From a virus: a DNA stretch of 64,000 bases. Position numbers and translations under genes: made by a program. Under the pieces are notes generated by a model. It was not told the DNA's origin. It ran no database searches and saw only the letters and a program-made list of their open reading frames with translations. Below are positions 26,236 to 34,154 of this stretch, piece by piece (within the stretch, counting starts at the first letter, position 1; each line of letters begins with the position of its first letter). The DNA is taken from IMG/VR virus record IMGVR_UViG_3300029996_000158; one strand, written 5' to 3'.

Positions 26236-27114
26236 ATGGTAGTTGATTTTATATTCAACACTGTAGGGTTAAAATCAAATTTTATAAACCTATCATATGA
26301 AGTCCCAGATGAGTATACCTACTCCTGGGACTTTGGTGATGGGGGAACCTCAACTGAATTGAACCCTACACATGAATATCAGAAAATGGGTTTTTATAGG
26401 GTTTCAATGTCAATTGTTGATTCCAATAATAGACCAGTAGAAAAGGTAACAAAAACTGTTTTGATATCTGATAAAGTAAAAACCCATTTATCAAACAGTA
26501 TATATGTGTTGATTAATACTTATATACCTTATTCAATATTTGGAAAGGTACCATCAAGTGTTAAACAACAATTTATTGAGAAATGGCAATTATATATTCA
26601 GCCACTAGTAAATCATGAAATTCCAGTAGAAGATTTTAATAATGAACTTTATTATGAAGCTCTAGAAAATCAATTAATAATGGAATTGGCTGCTTATGAT
26701 TATATGATATTAAACATTCAAAATGTAATCAATGCTACTTCTCAAACCATTATAAAAGATAATTCACAAGGTTCAGAATGTGGGGGGGAATATTCTTCCC
26801 AAAGTTCTGGTTCCTCATCAGATACATCCTCTGCATCTGGAGGTTCAATAAAAAAGATTGTAACTGGACCAACAGAAGTAGAATATTTTAATGATACAGA
26901 ATCTGAAAAAGATTTTATATCAAACATAACCAAAGCAACCCAACCAGGGGGTTTCATAGATATACTGAAACAAAATTTATGTATGCTAGCAGGAAGGTTA
27001 GATATATATCTACCAATCTGTGAAAACCAAACTATGGTTGTAGTACCAAGAGTGGTAAATAGAAGGAGACCAAGATTATTAGATGGTCCAGACCCATTAG
27101 AAGTATTGAGGTAA
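26236..27114 (+). CDS. PKD-domain protein
   Basis: YTYSWDFGDGGTSTELNPTHEYQKMGFYRVSMSIVD is the PKD signature (WDFGDG...H.Y...G.Y.V). A Ser-rich linker SSQSSGSSSDTSSASGG follows. Confidence 0.7.
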   Translation: MVVDFIFNTVGLKSNFINLSYEVPDEYTYSWDFGDGGTSTELNPTHEYQKMGFYRVSMSIVDSNNRPVEKVTKTVLISDKVKTHLSNSIYVLINTYIPYSIFGKVPSSVKQQFIEKWQLYIQPLVNHEIPVEDFNNELYYEALENQLIMELAAYDYMILNIQNVINATSQTIIKDNSQGSECGGEYSSQSSGSSSDTSSASGGSIKKIVTGPTEVEYFNDTESEKDFISNITKATQPGGFIDILKQNLCMLAGRLDIYLPICENQTMVVVPRVVNRRRPRLLDGPDPLEVLR

Positions 27115-27115
27115 T

Positions 27116-27679
27116 ATGCCAAAAATTAGCAGAATGTCCCAAAAAGATTGGGATAAATATAAATCCATAATAAATAACTTCATAGATGTAGATGCTGGTA
27201 AACAACCATTTCTATGGTTAAGAAAAATAAACCAACCATTAGCTTTTGGTGAAGATGTTGGAGTTAAATATGTACCTTATCAATTAGAAGGGTTATTCCA
27301 ATATAATTTTATTAAAACCTGGGCATCATCTGGAAGAAATTCCATTTCTGGTGAACTAGATAATGGTAATTTGGTTTTATATATTTCTGCTAATCTTCTA
27401 AGGGAAAACAGTTTGTTGAATAAATATGGGTATTGGGATTTTAATTGGTCCGAAGATAGGTTTATATTAAATGGAAAGGTATATAAACCATCTGGAGATA
27501 CCCAAGTTGCACAAGCTTCAGATGAAGCCCTTTTATTCTTTATCATATTAGATAGAGAAGACCCACAAGAGAATGAAGATATTTTACAATCTTATGTATC
27601 AGATACTACCATAATAAGTTCTGGAAAACAATCCATAATAAGAAATACAAATGGTAGAAAAGTTTATGAAATAATTTGA
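27116..27679 (+). CDS. Hypothetical structural-module protein
   Basis: Track ORF that starts 1 nt after the previous stop. Confidence 0.6.
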   Translation: MPKISRMSQKDWDKYKSIINNFIDVDAGKQPFLWLRKINQPLAFGEDVGVKYVPYQLEGLFQYNFIKTWASSGRNSISGELDNGNLVLYISANLLRENSLLNKYGYWDFNWSEDRFILNGKVYKPSGDTQVAQASDEALLFFIILDREDPQENEDILQSYVSDTTIISSGKQSIIRNTNGRKVYEII

Positions 27680-27680
27680 T

Positions 27681-28043
27681 ATGGAAAATCAAGTAGTACA
27701 ACAACCATTTTGGGCAGATTTTAAAATTAAAGTAGGTTTATATGCAAAACAAGAAGAAAATGGGGAGACCAAAAAAGTATTGATTGACCCAAAAGATATA
27801 CAGTTTAAATTTACTTATAAAGATGCAAAGGATAACCAGTTGGTTGCTAGTTATGATGGTACTACAAGAGTAAATCATAAGATTGAAGATAATCATATTA
27901 TAGTGATTGTAAATTCAAATACCTTTCAATGTGGGATATTAAGGGTAACTAGAGCATTCAATACCCCAGATTCTGATTTTAATGATGGGATTTGGGATTA
28001 TGGAGATAAAACTGAATATACCAATATAGAAATTGTATCATGA
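27681..28043 (+). CDS. Hypothetical structural-module protein
   Basis: Track ORF with an ATGA overlap with the next gene. Confidence 0.6.
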   Translation: MENQVVQQPFWADFKIKVGLYAKQEENGETKKVLIDPKDIQFKFTYKDAKDNQLVASYDGTTRVNHKIEDNHIIVIVNSNTFQCGILRVTRAFNTPDSDFNDGIWDYGDKTEYTNIEIVS

Positions 28044-29446
28044 ATGTTATTATAGAAGAAGAGGTATTAGTTCCAGATGTACCAATAATAGAGGAGCAAG
28101 TACTTTATCCTTCAAACCCAATTTCTGTAGAAGAAGAGGTATTAGTTCCAGCTATTGTTCAAGAAGTACAAAGACAATATAAATTAGACCCATTATGGGA
28201 TAGTCTTGAAGAAACTCCAAAAAACCATATACAGATGATTGTATATAAGGGGAGAGATGAAGATTATGATGTGTCTTTTTGGTTTTATGACCAAAATATA
28301 CGTGTAGATTGGGGTGATGGTATTATTGAAGATTTTGTAAATAGTAAGGCTGGACTTGATAGAGTAAATCATAAATTTGTTGATGGAAGTGGTAAGTTAG
28401 ATAGTAATGGTGAAAGATTTTGGTTTGTAGATATTACTATCATTAAAGATAATATTGCTTACAATACTTTTAACTTATCAAACTATAACAATAATCGAGA
28501 TTATAGTAAATCCATTATAAAAGCAGTATCAATAAATAGAGAAGGGTTGTATACCAATTTGATAATTTCTGATATTTCCCAACAATATCCTCCCTATGTA
28601 GAATATGTAAGAGTTCATGGTAACTATATAATTTTCAGGAATGATAATTTGAGTTCCAAATTTATAAAAGAGATAAGATTTGATAGTAAGGATATAAGGT
28701 TTGAAAAATTACTTGGGAGTACCTTTCCAAATAATTATCCAGGTTATCCAATAAATATATTTAATCATAAGCTAATAGGCTCATATGGTAATGCTGTATT
28801 TGCTAATGCATATTCCCCTATATTATTAAATAAATCTTATGACTTGCGTAAATTTACTTTTTTCTCTCTATCAAGTTTGTTTGAAGGTAATACAATTGTA
28901 GAAGAAATATATTTACCAGAAATTTGTAGTGAGAATTGGAAGTCACTTGGTTATATGTTAAAAGGTTGTATAAGACTTAGAAAATTAGTTTTCCCAAAAG
29001 ACCATACATTATTCTCCTATATAAATGATTTAACAGCTTCTTTTGGGTTATTATATAATTTAGAAGAAATAGAAAATTTCCCAAATGAGAGTATTGGGAA
29101 ATTTTCTGATAAAGCCATAATATGTACTGGATTTAATTTTTTTAAATATAGTATGGGTTTTGGTAATGATAAGATAAAATTGAGGTGTTTTATTGCCAAT
29201 GATTCATATATAAATTCATTACAATTCAGCAATGAATCACCATTTGATTATGGGAGTACTCATATAAATTTATTAAGAGCCAAATTTGAAAAAGATAGCT
29301 TATTATCATTATTTAATAGGTTACCAGATTTTACAAATTCAAATAGTAGAACTATTAACATAGTAGATAATCCGGGGACATCTGAACTTATGGAAGAAGA
29401 TATAAAGATAGCTACGGATAAAAATTGGGTTGTAATTACCAAATGA
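28040..29446 (+). CDS. BspA-type leucine-rich-repeat protein (fibre / receptor-binding candidate)
   Basis: It has a VDWGDG PKD-like core. The C-terminal half shows LRR periodicity (LFEGNTIVEEIYLPE, MLKGCIRLRKLVFPK). A 24-nt direct repeat gives EEEVLVP twice at the N-terminus. Confidence 0.55.
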   Translation: MNVIIEEEVLVPDVPIIEEQVLYPSNPISVEEEVLVPAIVQEVQRQYKLDPLWDSLEETPKNHIQMIVYKGRDEDYDVSFWFYDQNIRVDWGDGIIEDFVNSKAGLDRVNHKFVDGSGKLDSNGERFWFVDITIIKDNIAYNTFNLSNYNNNRDYSKSIIKAVSINREGLYTNLIISDISQQYPPYVEYVRVHGNYIIFRNDNLSSKFIKEIRFDSKDIRFEKLLGSTFPNNYPGYPINIFNHKLIGSYGNAVFANAYSPILLNKSYDLRKFTFFSLSSLFEGNTIVEEIYLPEICSENWKSLGYMLKGCIRLRKLVFPKDHTLFSYINDLTASFGLLYNLEEIENFPNESIGKFSDKAIICTGFNFFKYSMGFGNDKIKLRCFIANDSYINSLQFSNESPFDYGSTHINLLRAKFEKDSLLSLFNRLPDFTNSNSRTINIVDNPGTSELMEEDIKIATDKNWVVITK

Positions 29447-29447
29447 T

Positions 29448-29642
29448 ATGAAACATTTAGTATCAAAAGAAGGATTCCTATTTGTGAACAAGGATTTTAC
29501 AAATGGAGTAATAATAGCAAGGGAATTATTTATACCAGATGATTATAATCTGGATTTATATATGGAATTACCAGAACAAGAAGCATTAGAATTACAAGAA
29601 AAATATAATATAGAAAATGGGAACTATTATAATAACAGGTAA
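29448..29642 (+). CDS. Hypothetical protein
   Basis: 64-aa track ORF that starts 1 nt after the previous stop. Confidence 0.45.
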   Translation: MKHLVSKEGFLFVNKDFTNGVIIARELFIPDDYNLDLYMELPEQEALELQEKYNIENGNYYNNR

Positions 29643-30486
29643 TAAAGGAAATGGAGGGGGACTCCCACCCCAACAAAAAATCGACGTGGTGGCGGAGGGG
29701 ATTAAATTCTCTTATTCTACATTCGAGGAAGTACCCGAAGTATTCGATTTCTCGAATGTGACGGATTTGTCATTCATTTTTGACAACTGCAAATCTCTAA
29801 TTTCTTTACCTTCAAACTTAAATTGGGGGAAAATGACTAATGTTGTGGCGGCTTTTCGTGGCACAACAAGTCTAAATGATGAAGTAAATATAGAGCCGTT
29901 AGATGTGCCGTCATTAGAAGGAATTTTTCAGAGAAGTAATATAAGTAAGATCTTAAATTTATCCGTTCAAAGTGCATATACCGCATTTAACGCCTTTGAA
30001 AGTTCAAAACTAACGGAAATAGGCAATATCGATTTACCGGATATCGTCACCGCAACATACGCTTTTTCAAATATTCCTATCGTTCATTTCCCGAAGATAA
30101 ATATTCCGAAAATTGCTAATTGTAGCTTTATATTCTATAATAACCAATCCATGCAATCTCTTGAATACTGGGATTTTTCGAACGTAACAGAAGCAACAAA
30201 CATGTTCAAGGGCTGCTCGGCTTTATCGTCGATAGGCGATATCATCTTCTTACATACAGCTCTATCACTGGCAGATTCACCGAATATCGATGAAGAGACT
30301 TTGAATCGATTCGGAGGATTTGCCAATGCTGCCGGAGAAAGCGGTGTAGCTCCATTAAAAACTTTGGGACTACCGGCAGCTACGTTGACATTTAACACGG
30401 CTGTACAAACTTATTTGGAAACAGAAGGTATCATAGCGAAACTGACAGATGAGAATTGGACGGTTAATTTCGCCGATTCGATGTAA
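29617..30486 (+). CDS. DUF285 / BspA-family repeat protein (receptor-binding candidate)
   Basis: Repeat units FDFSNVTDLSFIFDNCKSLISLP, WGKMTNVVAAFRGTTSLN and WDFSNVTEATNMFKGCSALSSIG. It lies in a CpG-rich compositional island. Confidence 0.65.
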   Translation: MGTIIITGNKGNGGGLPPQQKIDVVAEGIKFSYSTFEEVPEVFDFSNVTDLSFIFDNCKSLISLPSNLNWGKMTNVVAAFRGTTSLNDEVNIEPLDVPSLEGIFQRSNISKILNLSVQSAYTAFNAFESSKLTEIGNIDLPDIVTATYAFSNIPIVHFPKINIPKIANCSFIFYNNQSMQSLEYWDFSNVTEATNMFKGCSALSSIGDIIFLHTALSLADSPNIDEETLNRFGGFANAAGESGVAPLKTLGLPAATLTFNTAVQTYLETEGIIAKLTDENWTVNFADSM

Positions 30487-30543
30487 ACGGGAAAATGAAC
30501 AAAAGAACACAATCGAACAAAACCACATAAAAAACAAATACCC

Positions 30544-30780
30544 ATGAATATAGAAGAAAAAACCTATCAAAAGATTACTCCTGCAACGGAAGGTAATTAC
30601 CTGACTACCTACCAAGAAGGCGATGATATAAAGACTTACGAGGGAGTAAAAGCGATGTACACGCCAGCAGACTTCGACGCTTCGTCCGTAAGGGAGATTA
30701 CACCGGAGCAACATCTAAGCTACCAAAAAGCCAAAGAACAGGCTTTGCAAGAGGAAACAGAACAGGGAAATAATGCTTAA
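30544..30780 (+). CDS. Hypothetical acidic protein
   Basis: 78-aa track ORF inside the same CpG-rich island. Confidence 0.5.
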   Translation: MNIEEKTYQKITPATEGNYLTTYQEGDDIKTYEGVKAMYTPADFDASSVREITPEQHLSYQKAKEQALQEETEQGNNA

Positions 30781-30884
30781 TAATATGGTTTTATCAAAAT
30801 GATAAATATGTTAGAAAGAAGAGTAATATTTAGCAGTAGTGAACCTGATACCACTAGTAACCAATTAACCAGTACGATAATTCA

Positions 30885-31145
30885 ATGAAAAATCAAGGTA
30901 GAAAAAGTATAACACTAAGTCTTCAAGTTAGTGTAATTGGTAATATACCAAGTGGTAATTTTAAACTTGGTTCACCAAAGGAGGTATTTCTTATAAAGAA
31001 TTTAACTGATGATACCTTAACATTAACAGTTAAACCTGCTGGTAATGAAGAGTTTATAGAAACTAAAGTATACCCTGGTTGGAATCCAGAAATTATATCT
31101 GAAATTCAGGGTGCCCAAGAAAATCAACTTCAATATGGGTATTAA
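30885..31145 (+). CDS. Hypothetical protein
   Basis: Track ORF in which the AT-rich composition resumes. Confidence 0.55.
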   Translation: MKNQGRKSITLSLQVSVIGNIPSGNFKLGSPKEVFLIKNLTDDTLTLTVKPAGNEEFIETKVYPGWNPEIISEIQGAQENQLQYGY

Positions 31146-31284
31146 ATAAAAAAAATGTCCCAACTTATTATTGGGGTAGGAGGAAGTCAGAAACAAAATG
31201 CTAATTTACCAACAAATGCGATTATATCTGATATGGTAAAGGCAATAGTAGTAACTGAATCTTAAGAAGTTTATTAGTAAATCA

Positions 31285-31314
31285 ATCCAGGTGGGATTCC
31301 CACCTGGATTTTAT
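31285..31314 (+). terminator. Rho-independent terminator
   Basis: ATCCAGGTGGGA (31285..31296) / TCCCACCTGGAT (31298..31309), followed by TTTTA. Confidence 0.7.
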
Positions 31315-31328
31315 CAATTTAATAAGTT

Positions 31329-31643
31329 ATGCCAGAAAGTAAAGCAAACATAATTGCTGAAATACCATGGAATGATGGTTCAGGTGATAAACTTTATGTT
31401 AGTTATGATAATAATGAAAAATCTCAAGTTATAAGCATAACATCTGATTATAATACTGGTTCAGACCCAAGAGATTTAATTGTAACTATACAAACTAATA
31501 CACCAAATGTGGAACCAACTAGTCAAGTAAAATTTTCTCTTCTAGTTACTCAAACAATAGATAATACAAGAGTAGTAGCCACATTTGATAACAAAAAATC
31601 CTTATATTCAAATACTTCTTCCCAATATGTAAAACAATCCTAA
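31329..31643 (+). CDS. Hypothetical protein, tandem paralogue 1
   Basis: IPWNDGSGDKLYVSYD ... VVATFDNKKSLY mirrors IPWGDGTNQYFYLDF ... IVATFDSNVSIY of the next gene. Confidence 0.6.
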   Translation: MPESKANIIAEIPWNDGSGDKLYVSYDNNEKSQVISITSDYNTGSDPRDLIVTIQTNTPNVEPTSQVKFSLLVTQTIDNTRVVATFDNKKSLYSNTSSQYVKQS

Positions 31644-31647
31644 TATT

Positions 31648-31935
31648 ATGGAGTATAAAATATCAATACCATGGGGAGATGGTACTAATCAATATTTTTA
31701 TCTTGATTTTTCTAAAATACAGGAAAATGACCAAGTCTTGGTTACATCAGATAAAAATACCATGGGTATTCAAAGAGTAAAAGTTATTGGGTTCAAAGGA
31801 ATATCAGAAAAAGTTGATAATAATCAACCAATAGCTTATTTACAAGTATTACAACAAACAGATAATAGTATAGTAGCCACATTTGACAGTAATGTGAGCA
31901 TATATGATGATAATAAAGCTTCATTTAAATATTAA
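31648..31935 (+). CDS. Hypothetical protein, tandem paralogue 2
   Basis: See 31329..31643; shared N- and C-terminal blocks. Confidence 0.6.
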   Translation: MEYKISIPWGDGTNQYFYLDFSKIQENDQVLVTSDKNTMGIQRVKVIGFKGISEKVDNNQPIAYLQVLQQTDNSIVATFDSNVSIYDDNKASFKY

Positions 31936-31955
31936 CCATAAAAAAATAAAATATT

Positions 31956-32660
31956 ATGCCAGAATTTAAAGACATATCAACATTTAATTCAGTAGTACCA
32001 GTTGGTACTGAAAAAATACAGGTATCAGCAGCTAATTGTGTAACCTTAATGGAAATTGCTAATCTTGGGAGTAAAACAGAGTGGTATAGCAATTTAGATA
32101 AAAGAATTACCCAAAATAGAGAAGATATGTTGGCTAATTATGAATTAGCCAATCAGGCTAATAATAAAGCAGTTGAAGCTATGGGTGATGCAGAAAGTGC
32201 ATTAAATGGAGTATCAGCTGTTAGGTCACAAATAGTTTCAATATCTAATGGATACAAAGCTTTATCAAGTTATAATAATATCACCAGTACTATTACTACG
32301 GTTACACTAGTTGGTAATAATGTTAATTTCATAAATAATACGTCAATTAAAACCATAATACTAAGCATTGACCAATGGGGAGCGAACCTTGGTTCGCTCC
32401 AAGACTCAGTAATATATATTCCTAGACGTAATGGAGTAGGGGGAATAGTTGAATGGAGTACTCCTAATAAGGTTAGTGGTATATATGGTAATCTTACTGA
32501 AGTAGAGATGATGGTTTCAAGTTTAAATAACTGTTGGGTAAGATACCAAATAAATGTAGTAAAGAGTAAAAATGGGTCTGGTATGACTGGGTATGAATTG
32601 GTAATTATTGGTGATGTATTATTACCCAATCCCAATAAAGAAGTAATCGAACAAATGTAA
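31956..32660 (+). CDS. Hypothetical protein (fibre-like, weak)
   Basis: Coiled-coil-like stretch NREDMLANYELANQANNKAVEAMGDAESALNGVSAV, then a beta-rich C-terminus. The antisense track ORF is rejected. Confidence 0.55.
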   Translation: MPEFKDISTFNSVVPVGTEKIQVSAANCVTLMEIANLGSKTEWYSNLDKRITQNREDMLANYELANQANNKAVEAMGDAESALNGVSAVRSQIVSISNGYKALSSYNNITSTITTVTLVGNNVNFINNTSIKTIILSIDQWGANLGSLQDSVIYIPRRNGVGGIVEWSTPNKVSGIYGNLTEVEMMVSSLNNCWVRYQINVVKSKNGSGMTGYELVIIGDVLLPNPNKEVIEQM

Positions 32661-32672
32661 TACATATCCATT

Positions 32673-32852
32673 ATGAAAAAATTAATTAAATCACCATACT
32701 TTTGGCTAATCATTTATTTGATAGCCATGTTTATAGTAATTGCATTTCTTTGGAAATATCTTCCAATATGGGAATCATTATTGCTTATATTATGGTCTAC
32801 ATGTTCTCTAGTAGCTGGTTATTTAGTTGCTAGGTTTCTTTATAAACATTAA
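32673..32852 (+). CDS. Small two-helix membrane protein (below the ORF-track cutoff)
   Basis: Hand translation gives MKKLIKSPYFWLIIYLIAMFIVIAFLWKYLPIWESLLLILWSTCSLVAGYLVARFLYKH (59 aa). It fills the 32661..32867 gap. Confidence 0.45.
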   Translation: MKKLIKSPYFWLIIYLIAMFIVIAFLWKYLPIWESLLLILWSTCSLVAGYLVARFLYKH

Positions 32853-32867
32853 AAATAAAACTCTTCT

Positions 32868-33461
32868 ATGGTTAAAAGAATTCCCCATTTATCAATACCA
32901 TCAATTGGAAGGTTACCAATTGAAATAAAATTGTATGGTGATTGGAATAAAGCCATAGAATTGGTTGATAATCTTGGTCCCAGTATTCAAAAAGGATATG
33001 ATATAGCAGTAAATAAATTTTCAAGAGATTTATTGAAGATTGTATTGTTTTCTATAGCTACTGGAACTCCTCCAAAAGGTACAGGTATAAATTGGGAACC
33101 TCATAGTCCTGCTACTATTAGAAGATATGGGGAACACCCAATTTATTACCTTACTGGTACCTATTATAGGGCAATAGGATTATTTAAATATAAAGATAAA
33201 ACACTTGTTGGATTACCAAAATCAAAAGGAAGGTCATCATCTGGTGGTATAACTCTTGGTGAATTAGCAAAAATTCTTGAATATGGAACAGGGGGTAGAG
33301 GTGGTGGTAAATCATCAAATACCATACCCCCAAGACCTTTATGGAATCCATCAATAAAAGCAGTTGGTGGAAAAGAAAGGTTAAGGTCAATGATTATAAA
33401 AAATATAAGAAAACAATTATATGGTTTTGGTATAAGAGCCAACCAAGTTAGATGGAGGTAA
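32868..33461 (+). CDS. Head-tail joining / virion morphogenesis protein candidate
   Basis: NWEPHSPATIRRYG...YYLTGTYYRAI...EYGTGG...IPPRPLW resembles HK97 gp10 / Mu G-type proteins. Confidence 0.4.
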   Translation: MVKRIPHLSIPSIGRLPIEIKLYGDWNKAIELVDNLGPSIQKGYDIAVNKFSRDLLKIVLFSIATGTPPKGTGINWEPHSPATIRRYGEHPIYYLTGTYYRAIGLFKYKDKTLVGLPKSKGRSSSGGITLGELAKILEYGTGGRGGGKSSNTIPPRPLWNPSIKAVGGKERLRSMIIKNIRKQLYGFGIRANQVRWR

Positions 33462-33465
33462 TAAT

Positions 33466-34125
33466 ATGATAAACTCACAGGAAATCATAGAAAGGTCAAT
33501 ATATCAAGCCTTGCTTAATGCTTCTATAAAACTTGGATATTCACTAGACCCAAATAATTATTTACCCATAAGTATTGAAAACCAAAAAAGGTTTAAAGAA
33601 GACATGGATAAATTAAATAAATATATTTGGGTATTTGGTACTGGGAATAATCAATCCAAGGATAAGAAACTTACCCCAAGGATAGTAGTTAATGCAAGGG
33701 GTTTTTACCCTGGTGGAATTGGTTTACCCAAGTTACTTATACAAAAAGAGGAAGGAATAGGATTTACAGCAACGGAAGAACCATACGAAACCATAGACCA
33801 ATTTATAGATATACATCTAATAGCTAATAACCAAGAAGACCTAAGATTATTACATCAGGTAATGTTTTATAGTATTCCACAAAGGGGTTATTTAAAACCT
33901 TATAATGTAGATGAATTTTTATTTTCTGGTAATATATTTTTGGAATTGGTAAACTTCTTTGATATCCCTAATTTAGATTTTGGGTTATTAGAAAAAGTTT
34001 ACCAATTCATTATTCAGGATTGTGTAATAAATGAAACTACTGAAAAAGCAGACCTTGTACCAATCACGGATATAACACTTTTATTAGATAATTATGGATA
34101 TAACCTAATAGAAGTTTCAAAATAG
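33466..34125 (+). CDS. Hypothetical tail protein (slot upstream of the sheath gene)
   Basis: Track ORF immediately upstream of the sheath gene. No motif recognised. Confidence 0.55.
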   Translation: MINSQEIIERSIYQALLNASIKLGYSLDPNNYLPISIENQKRFKEDMDKLNKYIWVFGTGNNQSKDKKLTPRIVVNARGFYPGGIGLPKLLIQKEEGIGFTATEEPYETIDQFIDIHLIANNQEDLRLLHQVMFYSIPQRGYLKPYNVDEFLFSGNIFLELVNFFDIPNLDFGLLEKVYQFIIQDCVINETTEKADLVPITDITLLLDNYGYNLIEVSK

Positions 34126-34154
34126 ATAATCATTAATCCCAAAATATAAAAAGT

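Noticed and set aside
30370-30714. 114-aa minus-strand ORF (and 30135..30398) in the CpG-rich island.
   Set aside because: Higher GC lengthens random ORFs. These are antisense to well-formed plus-strand repeat-protein and acidic-protein ORFs.
30799-30888. Tiny ORFs in intergenic gaps: 30799..30888 (29 aa), 31155..31265 (36 aa) and 55379..55447 (22 aa).
   Set aside because: They are too short to support without conservation or expression data. None has a hydrophobic or Cys-rich signature that would argue for a real micro-protein.
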